Shown here in pieces: positions 37,445-50,000 of a DNA stretch of 64,000 bases. Position 1 is the stretch's first letter. Each line of letters opens with the position of its first letter. Both the position numbers and the translations under genes were made by a program. Source of the DNA: Hyphochytrium catenoides (Eukaryota > Protista > Hyphochytriomycota); the NCBI GenBank assembly GCA_900088475.1, contig FLMG01003815.1, positions 68,205 to 132,204 of the forward strand. Reading direction: 5' to 3'. The notes under the pieces were generated by a model. It saw only the letters and a program-made list of their open reading frames with translations. It did not search any database and was not told the origin of the DNA.

Positions 37445-39564
37445 CTAGTCCTGCTTCTTTGCCACGACATTATGTAGCACGCTGTCAATAAACTTCGACA
37501 CAGCTAATACGCCCCCTGGTGACGGAAGGTAAGAGAGGCAAAGTTAATGATGACAAAGGGGGAAGTGAGATGGCGTATGCCACCTACCGACGATAGCGCA
37601 TAGTCTCGTAAGCAGCAGGAGAATGGAGGGACGAGCCTCCTCGTACTCAACCAATATCGGCGAGAACTCATAATGGAACCAGACTCCTACAGCCACCATT
37701 GAAGATGAAGTACGGAGATCACTTATGGAAGGGATATTTTAGATGGACGGGCGTCTAGGGAGAAGCTGGCATATGGAGCAAAAGGTAAAAGCAGGAAAAA
37801 AGGGTTGAGCTAGAGATTAAGAGAGACGGAATAGGCAGAAGGACGGTTATGGGTGCCTAAGATCACGTAGACGGTGGATCGTCAGACCTGGGACGACTAC
37901 TTTCAATAGAGAGAAAAATCCTTCGTGCTGGAACTCGGTCACAGAGTATTGGTTCGTGTTCACCCGTCGTCCGTAGAAATGCTTGTACGTTGTGGGCACA
38001 AGCTTCACGTAGTATGAATACTTGCCGATCACTGAAGGAAAAGGCGAGAGAGGGGAGAGTAAGGGAGTGGGGAGATCCCTAATGCGGTAGAGAATCCTCC
38101 CACCTCAAAAGAGGTTATTCAGGAAAGATCCAGAAGAATCTAATCAGAAAGGATTACAGATGGTCGAGAAGATCCAATTCATATATGGTCACGAAGTGTG
38201 AAAGCATTGCTGTCAACTGGTCTTACGGCTCTCATCTCCTAAGGTCTTGGTCACCCCGTTAAGTGGATAAGTTAACGTGGGGATGTGCGGCCCAAAGGAC
38301 AGATGATGGATAGTATGCGAGGTATTGAAGGTCACCATTTCTCCCTATGTTGGATAAAAAACGAATGGGGAGAAGATCGAGTTTCGTGTGAGGAAGGGTG
38401 AAACCGGGTATCAAAGGTTGACCCATCCAAATTGGAAGATATGACCAGGATGGAAGAGAGAGGAGGAACAAAGAAAGCCGAACCCGCGAGGAGGAAAGAG
38501 GCGACGAAGAAAAAACTTGAGAAATAGTAAGATATCGAGCCGACTTCGAGGCACGAGGGAGGGAGGATGGAGAGGACACAGCAGGAGCCTAGAGCCCCTG
38601 TGCGGAAGCAAGCAGCATTCTACGGCGTCAAGCACTTACAAATGAAAACTGGTACTGCTGCCCATCAAAACGCCCACAAACGATGTGGAAGTTGCCAGCT
38701 ACTTTGTTTACCTCCAGATACCCACTCACTCGGCAGCCAGTCTCCTCGCCCTGGATATTGAACAGAGGTCTCTAGGGAAAGCCATGGTATGAGGACACTG
38801 CCTGGGACCACGAAGCATTCTTTGGTCAATCACCTGTCGAATGGAGTCGGTCACGGCAGCTTTGAACTGTCCTTTCTGGTCTTGTACGTCTACATTCAGT
38901 CCTATGGAACAGGCACAATAAGTTGATCACATAGAAGTTCGAGGACCAAGACCCAAGAGACACGTTATAGAGAAGTGGCAAAGAAAAAGCCTTGAAAAAA
39001 TAATGAAGTAAGGCAGGAGATAGTAGAGACTAAGTAGAAGAGCCAATGGACTGAAGTCGCAAAGTAGAAAAACTGAGACAAAAAGAGGAATAAAGAGATA
39101 TAGAGTGATGCCGCAGTTAGGATTAGAGCGAGAAAAATTTCTAGGGGCATCAACTGACTTGAACAGATAATCTCCGGAAAGGAGATATCAAGATCGATTC
39201 TCGTCTTCGCGTTGCCCTGCTGATGAAGTGAGAACAAGGTGGAAGGGATGATTAAGTCAATCCTCCGAATGTCTAAGACTTGTGGCCCTCATAATAACCT
39301 CGTACCTGATTTATATCCACTTTCATGTGGTGTGCCACTTCTATCGAGAGAAAGAGATAGAGTTCGTTCAAGACGAGCACCAGCGCCAAAAACGCACCTA
39401 CTAGGGTCACTGCCAAGTAGAGAATTGGGGGTAGATTAACTGCCTCGTTCTTTGCTATAGCTTGGACTCTAATGTCATCTACCTGCACCGCCTGCAAGTG
39501 TCTTTATCTGTACGCCCTCGATGCCTTTGGCATAGGCGTCAAAGTTCTTGAGGGCAAACTTCAT
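37445..39564 (-). CDS. ER-Golgi intermediate compartment protein (ERGIC3/Erv46/Erv41 family), many short exons
   Basis: MKFALKNFDAYAK...KTLAGGA; TM ending ELYLFLS; IDLDISFPEIICS; GCRVSGYLEVNKVAGNFHI; FNTSHTIHHLSFG...YPLNG; YSYYVKLVPTTY...TNQYSVTE; WFHYEFSPILVEYEE; TRLCAIVGGVLAVSKFIDS; ends KKQD*. Confidence 0.9.
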
Positions 39565-41570
39565 TGTTCAATGGGTTTCGTCCTTGCAGCAATGCTATCG
39601 CGCTGACACACGCAGCTCCAGCCCGTATATAGTTGTTGTCAGAAGTTGCTGGCAAGGGGGCATGCGCTAGATTGGCATTGAAACAAAGTGGAGCTCACTA
39701 AGCGAGGTCTCTGGAGCCGAGGGATGCGGTTATAACTGAGAAAGGCAGAGGCCAGCTGGCTCCTTCGCTCTCTTCGACCTCTACTTCTTCGATCAAATCT
39801 CTGCATCATGTCTCAAGCATGATGGCATCGGTGTTGTATGTTGTGTGTCCTGTTTGTGAGGTGTTGTAGCATTAGCGGCTTCGAACCCATGGGTCGCGCA
39901 GGTGGAGAGTCCAATAAACCTGGGTACTACCCGATCACCTCCTGCCCATGATGGCCCTATGGTAAACGTTCATCACCTTCTTCTTCATTGCCTTGGTGTT
40001 GCTTACTTGTTTGATGATGACCCTGAAAGCTGATTAGTTCTACTGAGGACAAGGGCGGGCTCTGGCGTGTGATGGTGCTGCTGCTGCGTCCTGTGTAAAT
40101 CGGACGGACGGACGACAGCCCGATAAACAAAAATAGTAGTAGGTACCACTCCTACTACTACTGCCGTCGAAGCTTGACAATCCATGTTGTTTATTGTTGC
40201 TTTGTGCGAATAGCGGGGCCGGAGCTTGTACAACTAAGGGAACTATGACGAGCTCGCCTTGTCTGCATAGATAACTAAGCTTATTATTGTTCTTTGTCGT
40301 ATTTCCTTGCGAGAACCCCGGGGGGCGGCTGCCCCCGCGCGGGGGAGGGGGGATAGTATAGTGTGAAGTAATGAAGGGGCAGGTCACATTAAATCTCTTT
40401 CTGGGCAGATAGATAAGGGTAGGCGGCACCAGTGGGAGGAGGTTGATTCCATTATCGAAGGAGGAGGTACATCATGCTTAACTGTGTGCTGCACCACCAC
40501 GACACGCACTCATAAAGAAGATATCCCCACTTGTTTCCTCGTAGAGATGTGACCCAACAACTCCTCTACAATAATGAATTGTTGCTAGCAGCAAGAATTC
40601 AGCCAGTTGTACCGACGGACCGAGCGATACCAGCGCGCTAGAGTGCTTGACTAGCTTGTCTGTCTCACAAACCTACCGCGGACAATTAGAGATGTTCTCC
40701 AGGCCTGATGATGCTACATCTTCGGGTGGGAAGCGTGATAGAGAGAGAAGTCAATCTTCATGAGGATATACAACTGAACACCATTCTAGTAGTAGTGGAC
40801 ACCAGGGAGAGAAGGTGGTGCTACCCTTCTCCCCTTTGTAGTAAGAAACATGATTTAGCCAGAGGATGGGAGGAGGATGACAACTGTTGTCGCAGCCAAG
40901 AGGACCAACTGGACGGGCAGGATTGAGCTTTCTGCAACAACCACTTCCTTCTTTGGCGGTTTCTCTTTGGATCCTGTGTGGTCCGTGCGAGGGTCCAACT
41001 TATTCTTCTGCTCTCTCCACTACTAGTTCCGTCGTCAGTTCGTCCACTCCTCCTCCTCCATTCTTCCCATCATGTGTGCTTCCTTCTACGATCTATTTTC
41101 CAGTCCTACTACTTCTTCATTATCTTCCCTCTGTTCCCGTCGCTCTCTAAGGCACTGCTTTGTACCTCTTCTTCACAATGACTTACCTCCTCCCTTGGTA
41201 GTGTGCACTTCTTCGAGCTTTCTCACTGCTTCTCCACTCTTCATCAGGGCCCGAGTAGGATCTTCAAGGTCACGGCAGCACAGGTTCGGATGTGAGCTTG
41301 GGGCCTATTATTGCGATAGGATATGGGTTTCAGAGGATTGTCTAGGGTATTACTACGGCCCAAGGGTATCCCTTCGTTTGACAGGTGTCAGCTCACGTCA
41401 GGGCGGATTCTGACGTGCACCTTCACCCTAGCGTAGTAATAGTCGGTTGGGTCTAGCAGTGGGCCCCTGCGAATGGGGTAGTAGTAATATCACTAAGAGG
41501 CTGCCAACTATTTGTACACTTGAAGACTGTCTTGTCGTACCACTTGAAGAGCTTATTTCCCTCTCTACTC

Positions 41571-41657
41571 TTCCTCTCTCTCTCTCTCTCTCGCTCGCTC
41601 GCTCTCTCTCGCGCTCACTCTCTCTTACTCGCTCTCTCTCTCGCTCTCTCTCTCTAC

Positions 41658-41717
<60 letters not shown>
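41571..41717 (+). repeat. Interrupted (CT)n microsatellite upstream of the monooxygenase
   Basis: Long ctctct runs with occasional cg/gt interruptions. Confidence 0.95.
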
Positions 41718-41718
<1 letters not shown>

Positions 41719-41931
41719 GCGCTCTGCACTTTCTTGCTTACACCAGGCACGCTTACCTCTTTTTCCTTCCCATTGTCTATCTTTCCATCTTGGCTTCAGT
41801 TGCCTCAAACGTCCCTTGTACCGCCGCTCCGCACTGCACAACCCTCTTTTCTGTTAGAACCCTCTCTTCTTACATAAAGAAGCACGAACTGCTTGGCGGA
41901 GGAAAGCGATTGGTATCAAAAGAGAGGAGAC

Positions 41932-44192
41932 ATGGTGAAGAGAGTGACATATCCGAATGGCGAGACTCCACGTATCTGCATCATAGGCGCAGGGTAAGAC
42001 TTGGCGCAGTCCACCAGAAAGAATGAGTCTACCTGACATTCACAGCTAACGTGGCCTTCGAAAGCTTCTCAGGATTGGGTGCGGCAATCCAGCTCAAGCN
42101 NNNNNNNNNNNNNNNNNNNNNNNNNNNNNNNNNNNNNNNNNNNNNNNNNNNNNNNNNNNTGGTCAATACGTACCCTGGATGCGCTTGCGATATCCCCAGC
42201 CATTTGTATAGCTTCTCCTTTGAACCTAACGCAGGCAAGATACACTGATAGCTAGCGCTTGACTAGCAATGTTGATTATTCCGAAGGCTTGCGTTGCTCT
42301 GGCATCTTCTTTCTCTTACCTTCCTTTATCTCTCGCCCGTGAAACAGTCATATGATGGGAGGCTTCTAATGGTGACTTCCTTGCTGCTTTAGGTTGGAGC
42401 AACAATTATGCGTCACAGCCAGAGATATGGCGCTATCTGCGCGGTCTAGCCCACAAATATGGACTTTATGAGCGAACGAAGCTGAAGACTCAAGTATTGT
42501 CCGTGTGCTGGGAGGAGGAGTTGAATAAGTGGCGAGTACGAGTTAGAGACCTTGAGACCGAGGACGAAGAGGAATACTTATTCGACATCGTGTAAGAGCT
42601 TGCCCCGGTTTTTTTGACATGCTGAGTTCTATTCTTCTGTCCAATAGTCCTCCACGTGCATTGGAGTACCAGGGCCTCCTTGCTGCCCATTTCCATTCTC
42701 TTGGTGGAGTCCTCTGTGTATGACGACTCCTAAGGTTAGTTGGCTGTAGGATAAATGGACCGGGAGGTCTTCGAGTGCCCAACCTACCGCCAGAGTTTAG
42801 GGGCTTCAAGGGGCCAACCATGCACTCCGCAGAATGGGACAACAGCATAGAAATAGACAACAAGACGGTCGCCGTGGTGGGCAGCGGGGCAAGTGCCATC
42901 CAGATTATCCCTGCTATTGCCAAGAGGGTGAAAGATCTGCATGTATATCAACGGAGAGCCGCTTACGTCGTTCCTCGCGCACAGTTTCCCTTTCCTTCCG
43001 CTGTACAATGGATTTTCCGCAGTTTACCCTTGGTTATGAGGCTGTATCGAACGTTTATATTTCTGCTCAACGAGTTGCGCTTCAATGCCTTCAAGGTTAA
43101 GACTTCCCTTAGCTCCGCAGGTGAGTGGACCGAGAGCTGGGGAGGATCTACTTTGTCACATTTCCACCCTTAAGTTCCTCAGGTTGCTCACGGACAACCC
43201 ACCCGTAAAAGTGTATCTTCTTACACTGCCTGCTCTTTCTAGCCACTCAGCTTTCAATAGATCACCTGAGGAAGCAGATCCCCGATAATGAAAAGCTGCG
43301 GCTGAAGCTCACTCCCAACTACCCCTTTGGTTGCAAGCGCGTGGTCACTTCAGGCGACTATTATCCTGCTCTTGCTTTAGCTAATGTGCACGTCCATGTC
43401 GGCGCGATCAAGGCGGTTGATGAGAACCACATTGTCTCGGAAGACGGAAAGAGGGAGCACATTGATGTAAGGAATGTTGGGCATGGCGCTGATAGGTGTG
43501 CTCTGACATATACTAGCGTCGATATTCAGACAGATGAGCCTAGAAGACCCAGTGCACACCCTCTAACATTCCGTTCTCACTGGCTCGCGCTATCTTGCTA
43601 ATACTACGACGACACCTCTAGGTCTTGATCCTAGCCACTGGATTTCGCATTCAAGACTATTTCAAGCCAATGAAGGTGGTTGGGACAAACTCTGAGGACA
43701 TCGTCGTGTCTTGGATCAAGGACCATCCGCAGTGCTATTATGGTATCACCGCGGTTAATGTGCCCAACCATTTTATGTTGTTGGGTCCCAACACGGTAGG
43801 TGATTGCAAGTGCCGCCTAGGACAGAGTGAGAGAACGACAAAGACCGAGATAGGCCAGGAGAAGACTGAGACATGCTTACACTCTCTACCTCCAGGGTTT
43901 GGGCCATAACTCAGTTATTTTTCTGATTGAGTGCCAAGTCAACATGATCGTATCTTTGATAGGAGAAATGATGAGAAGAGGCGCACACCGCCTAACGGTG
44001 AAGCAAGAAGCTCAGAACCGATGTCAAGAGAGAATCTTCTCCAGAATGAAGGAGACAGTGTGGGGGAACTCAGAGTGCGGGTCCTGGTATGCCAATGCCC
44101 GGGGACAAATTACAACTTTGTGGCCAGAGAGCTGCGTCTCGTACTGGAGACAGACAAGGACAGTCAACTATTCAGATTTCACTTTTGAGTAA
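41932..44192 (+). CDS. Baeyer-Villiger / FMO-like flavin monooxygenase, multi-exon; spans an N gap
   Basis: IIGAGFSGLGAAIQLK (FAD GxGxxG); WVNTYPGCACDIPSHLYSFSF; FKGPTMHSAEWD (FxGxxxHxxxW type I BVMO fingerprint); VVGSGASAIQ (NADPH); PFGCKR; ILATGF; GHNSVI; CGSWY. Confidence 0.93.
42100..42159. other. Assembly gap (60 N) inside a monooxygenase exon
   Basis: Run of n; the reading frame continues across it. Confidence 1.
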
Positions 44193-44533
44193 GCTAGGGT
44201 ACTTAGCGAGCCTACATATTCTCAACCCTAGCTGATCTCCGGCTCAGCAGACGCCGCTGCTGCCTATGTGTTCTCACAGTGTCTCACAGTGTTGGCTGTT
44301 CAAATGTCACCAATGCACCTTAAGCGCAATAGTTGCTGCCCTCACCATACCTAACGAGTAATATGCATACACTGTTTTCGAGAGCCGAGTAGTGGTAGAG
44401 CCGAAAATGTCAGGCAAGCACTAATTGAAGCTGATCCTAATGATCAAGACCGCCCGGGAAAGTTAATAGATGTAAGCTTCATGCTTATATTGCTGCATAG
44501 AAACAGGAGAAAAGAGAAAGAATTATAGGAGAT

Positions 44534-45848
44534 CTACTTGGTGTTTTTGATGTAGGACTGGCTTCGCAGTGCTTGGATGTCAATCACCCCTGCTTCTATC
44601 TCGCCAAGAGCTCCACTCACAGCCGCACGAGCCACCTCTGTCACGTTGACGGGGGTATCCAGCACTAGACCGAGGTATCCACATTTCGCCCAGCCCTGGA
44701 CGAATGAAAAGCTCGTGAAGAACTCGACAGGCTTGAGGAAGAGATGTAGAGGAACGTTGACAGGGCCAACCCTTCTAGTCCCAGAGATGGCTGATGGCCG
44801 GATGAAGTAATGCGATGTAGGAAACCTGACAAGATAGGGAGTGAGCCAGCGAAATGAAGCAAGGAGTGGAGAGGCAGCTAATCTAAGCACTTGGAGGGCA
44901 TCAAGAGGATGTAAACGATTCGTCACAAGAAGGGTTAAGGAGGCAATCGAGGACTAGCGCGAGCGAAAATGCGGGACAACGACCAAGGCGAAAGAGTAAG
45001 CATTATCATCGTGGACAGGCGGGATGAAAGCAAAGGGGCTCTAACAAGAAACCCAAAGAGAAGGATAAGTTATCTTCCATCTTCGTACAGTTCTTTGATG
45101 TTATCCTCCGCGCGTCTTTTCCCGTCCATATAGCCATAAAGAGGAAACCACTTGGAATATTCCAGTCTCACATGAGCTTCAGAGATATAGGAAAAGTTTT
45201 TGATACCTGGAAGTTGAATCTCTGCGTTCAGCGCCTGGTGAAGCAAGGTCGATACGTTCGCCGCTTACCTGCATCCTTGGCCTCCTTGGCAGCAATAATA
45301 TTGGCGTCGCCGTTGACCATCTCCATGGCTTCTGTTGTTCCGAAGCCCCCAATGCACGATACTGCCAACAAATGTCAGCATGAGCATCTCAGCATCTTTA
45401 GACAGCTGCACAAGGTACGATACTCACCGGCACCAGTCGCATCGTTGAAGGCGCTGCGGTAGCTCTCAGGTCGGAACACATCCCCTACTCAGCAAGACGT
45501 TATCACGCTAATGTCTCAAAGCCAAAACACGCTAATGGCTGCCGTACCAGCAACCCATTCAACCTTGTTTACCCATTCTTCACCAACATGAGGCTTCCCT
45601 GATCTAGAACAACAGACGTGATGAGGTGGTTTGGGCTTTCAATAGGCGATATGCAGCAAACCTGTTGACGCTTGTCACAACGAGGCCTCGTTTTAGAGCT
45701 TCCTTACAGACATGAGAGCCGACGAACCCATTCCCTCCAAACACTATGATCTTCGAGCGCAGACGTTATGGGTTTATTATGTACAGAAGGAGGAGAATAC
45801 CTCATGTGGTCAGAGCTGACGTACCTTCCTGTTAATCTTGGCACTCAT
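44534..45848 (-). CDS. Atypical SDR / NAD(P)-binding Rossmann protein (Coq11/NDUFA9-like), multi-exon
   Basis: Spliced start MSAKINRK|IIVFGGNGFVGSHVCKEAL; SCIGGFG...VNGDANI; GYMDGKRRAE (YxxxK); IRPSAISGTRRVG; PVNVTEVARAAV. Confidence 0.85.
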
Positions 45849-47020
45849 TGACGCTGATGACTGATAGCTGAGGGGCGACAATCCACGATCTGATCTTCCT
45901 AGGCGGCTTTGCCTCTTTGTGCTCCTTTTGGCAAGTGAGATAGGTCCGCGGATGAGCTTCGGAATCGTCTTCTTGAGTGAAGCTTTTGTTAGACGGACAA
46001 TGAATGAGCTTTGTGCGTCAGTGTCAGAAGACACATCTTCCTTCTGAGCTTCTCTTGGCGATTTCGCATCTTCTCCCAAAAAAGCTTTTGTAAAATCAAG
46101 GACAAGAAGTCAGGAGACCCGAGCTTTATTCGAGTAAAGGATTCTTGCTCTGGTACTAAGACTTTCAATAGTGGTGGCACTCGACCCGAGCCTAGATGTA
46201 CTCGAGACACTATGAGACATGGCACGAAACACACAGATTGAAGGTTCAGCTAGAGAATCAGCCACCTAGCCCCTAAGATACGGATACCATTTCGAATAAC
46301 GCCCACATTTAGTACATTTATTACTTATACATCAGGAGGTTATCCTGCATAATGAGACCTGGAAAGGTGGACAATGGGACGTTACTCACTACTGTTTTAC
46401 ATGCCGTGGACAGGCACCGCCAAGCCGAGACCGACGCTGCAGCAGGCACAGCTCGCGGCGGCGTGGCCGTCATAAAGGAGGTCAGAAGAGTGCACTGGAG
46501 TCTGAAGAGTTGCGGAGCTCAGGGGCGGTGAGAGGCTCTAAGGAAGTGGATGATCTCCTTGATAACTGTCCCCGGGCTACGTTTACCTACTTCGCAATAG
46601 TCGCTGTCCACTTTGTTGTTCGAGCCTGCAGCTTTGTCTGCCCTCCCTCTTCGTACTCTTCCATTCTCATGTCTTACTGCAGTACCTCGCGTTTAGTAGC
46701 TCTCTGGTCTCTCTTGGCCATGGGTTTTGTCACTCAGTCGGCACGAAGCAGTTAACCCTTTTCTGTTCAGCTCCCTGACCTTGCTTCCTTTTCTGAGACT
46801 GAACGCTGTCCTTATAAAGATTGAAGCGAGGATATTCGCCGTAAGCCAGGGCAAGCGGAAGAGATAGGAACGACAAGTCGAGCCGTCTATGAGCACAGCG
46901 ACCCTAAAAACTATTGATGGAGTTAAAATAGCATATGGTGCTTGTATATATTCATGCAAAAACTAAATTTATCTGAAGCTCTGCTCATCTACGGCTAGCA
47001 GATAGCCGACACTAATACTC

Positions 47021-50000
47021 TCAAGCCATGAAGAGACCGAGAAGGAGAGAAGAAAGAAGGAAAGAGAGAATATATACTGACAATGAGGCAGGGACCACAA
47101 AGAACGCAGCGCTGACGTCTACCCGGGTCTTCATGCCAGCCTCCAGATGATCAGCGACGTCACACTTCAGCACATAAGAAGCTGCAGGAGTCTCAGGAGC
47201 AGTCAGAACGTCCACAGTGGTGGAGGTGCCTGGTAGAAGCTCAACAGTCGTAGACTTTCTCTGCCTTCCTTGCCCGAGCACAATGCCTGGCATGTTCGGG
47301 GTGTGAAGGCCGTTCTCTGTTCCTACAGAGAGTAGATGCCACCGGCTGATTTGGTTGTTCTTCTGCACTTCGATAGTGGGCATGGTGCAGTAAAGGAAGC
47401 CATTGATGTTGTGCTTCTGGTTACTTTCTAGAAAGTCTTCCTCGTTCTTGAGAACCGTCAACCTGTTGGCTCTCTCCTCAGAGCTTTCCAGTCTGTTCCT
47501 CTTCTCTCTATACTTTCTGAAGAAAGAACGGTCCAGATACTTCTCCATATTATAGTCGAGGTATGGACTGATGTTCTCATCAAAGACGCTGAAAAGAAGG
47601 ACATGCTCAGCTTCGATACCAGCAGGGAATGGCTTAGTGGCATCATTGTCCTTCAGCTGATCGGCACGGGTGACGACAATCGGCCCCATCAATCCTGCCG
47701 ATGTGGACACGACGGTGTCTACAGGTGATTGATAGAGGAAAGCAGCAGAAGACAAGTCCGCCTCTCCAAGAGCAGCAGTCTCGGGACTAGCATACCATGT
47801 GAAGGTTGCCTTTTCGTTAGGCTTCACAGCGAGAGAAGGATCGGAGGAAGACAGCACAGAGCCATCTTCAGCGAGGACCTGTAGGGCACTGGGGAAAATT
47901 CCGGCCTCTGATTCCTCAAGTAGGTTCTTGAAGACAACCTTCACCTTCTGACCCACAGCCACGCGGACAATGGGACCTAAAATGCCAAGATACTTCTCGT
48001 CTCCCGTTCTCTTCGTCCTTTTGGTGAAGTCTTCATCCTCATACTGCCGGTAAACCGCCTTCTTGTATAGCGAACCAATCGTCACATCTGTCCGCACGGT
48101 GTACAGGGCAGCCTTCTCGTTGTCTTCAAGCTTCTCCAGTGTGCAACCATCGAGCCCCCTGCCAGGCGTGTAGTCGTGCTGAATCTCTTCCGCGGCAATG
48201 AAGTAGGTCAGCACAGGAAGGTCAGCGGTTGCAGCTAAGGCCTTAGCAGCTGGTGCCTCCGTCTTGCTGTCAGAAGCTGGGGTGGACCCGTTACCTTCGG
48301 AGATGACAACTGGGGCAATCATCCCGCCTAGATTGTGGTCCTGCACCTGACAAGACAGAGAGAGATTGCCTGGTTTCTGGGGACCCATCTCAACGTTGAG
48401 CATGGATGAAGCCATCAGCGCCACGGTGCTAACTCTTTTTCCTGAAGCTATCACCGTGCGGCCATCCCAATGGGGTGTGTGCACGTCCACCTCGTTACCC
48501 AGAGAGACCAAATGCCAGAGAGACCGCTCAGACGAAGACAGAGCAAAGCTAGGACCAGAACAAAAGAGATAGCCATTGATAGCGTGCTTCAGCATGCTCT
48601 CTGCGAAGAGAGGAGACGCCATGAGACCCTGCATGGCATCAATGCCTCGGTAGCCTGACAGGTGCTTCTGCACATTCTCTGTAGCATAACTGCTGGCTAC
48701 CTCATCCAACACGGTGAAGAATGCGAAGAACTCCTTCTCATACCCCTTGGGCTTCAGATCCTCAGTAGCTCGCTTGGGGTCTACGACAGCAATAAGGCCA
48801 ACTAGACCGGAATTTGTATCGGCGATCTCATCCACGTGAGAGTGATAGAGCCATACAATGGAGGCAGGGTCATTGGGACCAGGACCTGCATAAAGCGGAG
48901 GTAAGAAGGTGTATATAAGGCGCCCAAGAGGCACGCAATCAAGACTGTGCGTTGAATAGAATAGGAAATAGAGAGTGTCGTATCCTCTCACCAGCTCTCT
49001 CAGGGACCTCCCAGCGGTAAATGTGCGTCTTGTTTGGCGATACGATGCCGTCCCATCCCGCTGGATTGTAATGGGCTCCCTCATGTGTCTTGTTATAGAA
49101 GACACCGTGCGGGTGCATGCTGTGCATAGGCAAAAGTCGTGAGTGAGCTTTATCTAAAAGGAGTAGTAGAGTGAGAAAGCATGGTACCTTGCATTGCGGT
49201 TCAAATTGTTCCTGAAGTGAACGACAAGCGTGTCTCCCACAGCGGCTCTTAGAAGTGGACCGAGTAGTCCCATGTGCTCCTCATCTTTTGTCCTTTCTTT
49301 TCTTTCCTTGAAGTCTGGCCCAGTGTACTCTACAAAGAGGGCCTTTGTATACACGCTGCCCAGAGCATAGGCACCTGGACTCACAAATATTGCCTCTTCA
49401 GGAAGGAACTCCTCTCCAGTACAAGGGTTGATCTTCTTGTCTTCGCTAGGGAGATAGTCCCATTCTACTTCTTCTGCTGCTACAAAGTACTCGCGCTCCT
49501 TTCCAGTGAGCGCAGGAAGGGCTTTCTTGTCCTTCGATTCTTCCACAGTGTAGAGCGCCATCATGCCCGCCTTCAAATGGTCGTTCACGTGGCAATGATA
49601 TAACCAAGTACCAGGAGTGTCCACAGTCATGTCAGCGGTCCACACGGATCCAGCAATCAGTTCGTGCTCGTCCTTCCTCTCTCCAGAAATAAGAGCCGTG
49701 TTGGCGTGCCAATGAGGAGTATGAAGGTCAGTCTCTGAACCCACAGAAGCGACATACCAGCGGACACGTTGACCGTTGACCGTCTTCAGATCCGGCACAT
49801 TGCAGTAGAGATAACCGTTGATCGTGTGCTTCAGGTTACTCTCTTGAAAATCTCCATCATCAGCCAGAGCTTTAAGGTCCGACATAGCAGGGATCAGGGG
49901 CTGCAGTCCTGGCTCCAGAGGAGAGGCGTTGCTCTGAACTCTTCTAACGTTAAGGTCGAATAGAGGAGAGCTGTTCTCGTCCTGGATAAGGAAGAGCGTG

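Noticed and set aside
41428-42026. ORFs rich in ERERER / LSLSLS (also 52274-53297 and 61777-62269)
   Set aside because: Translation artefacts of GA/CT microsatellites.
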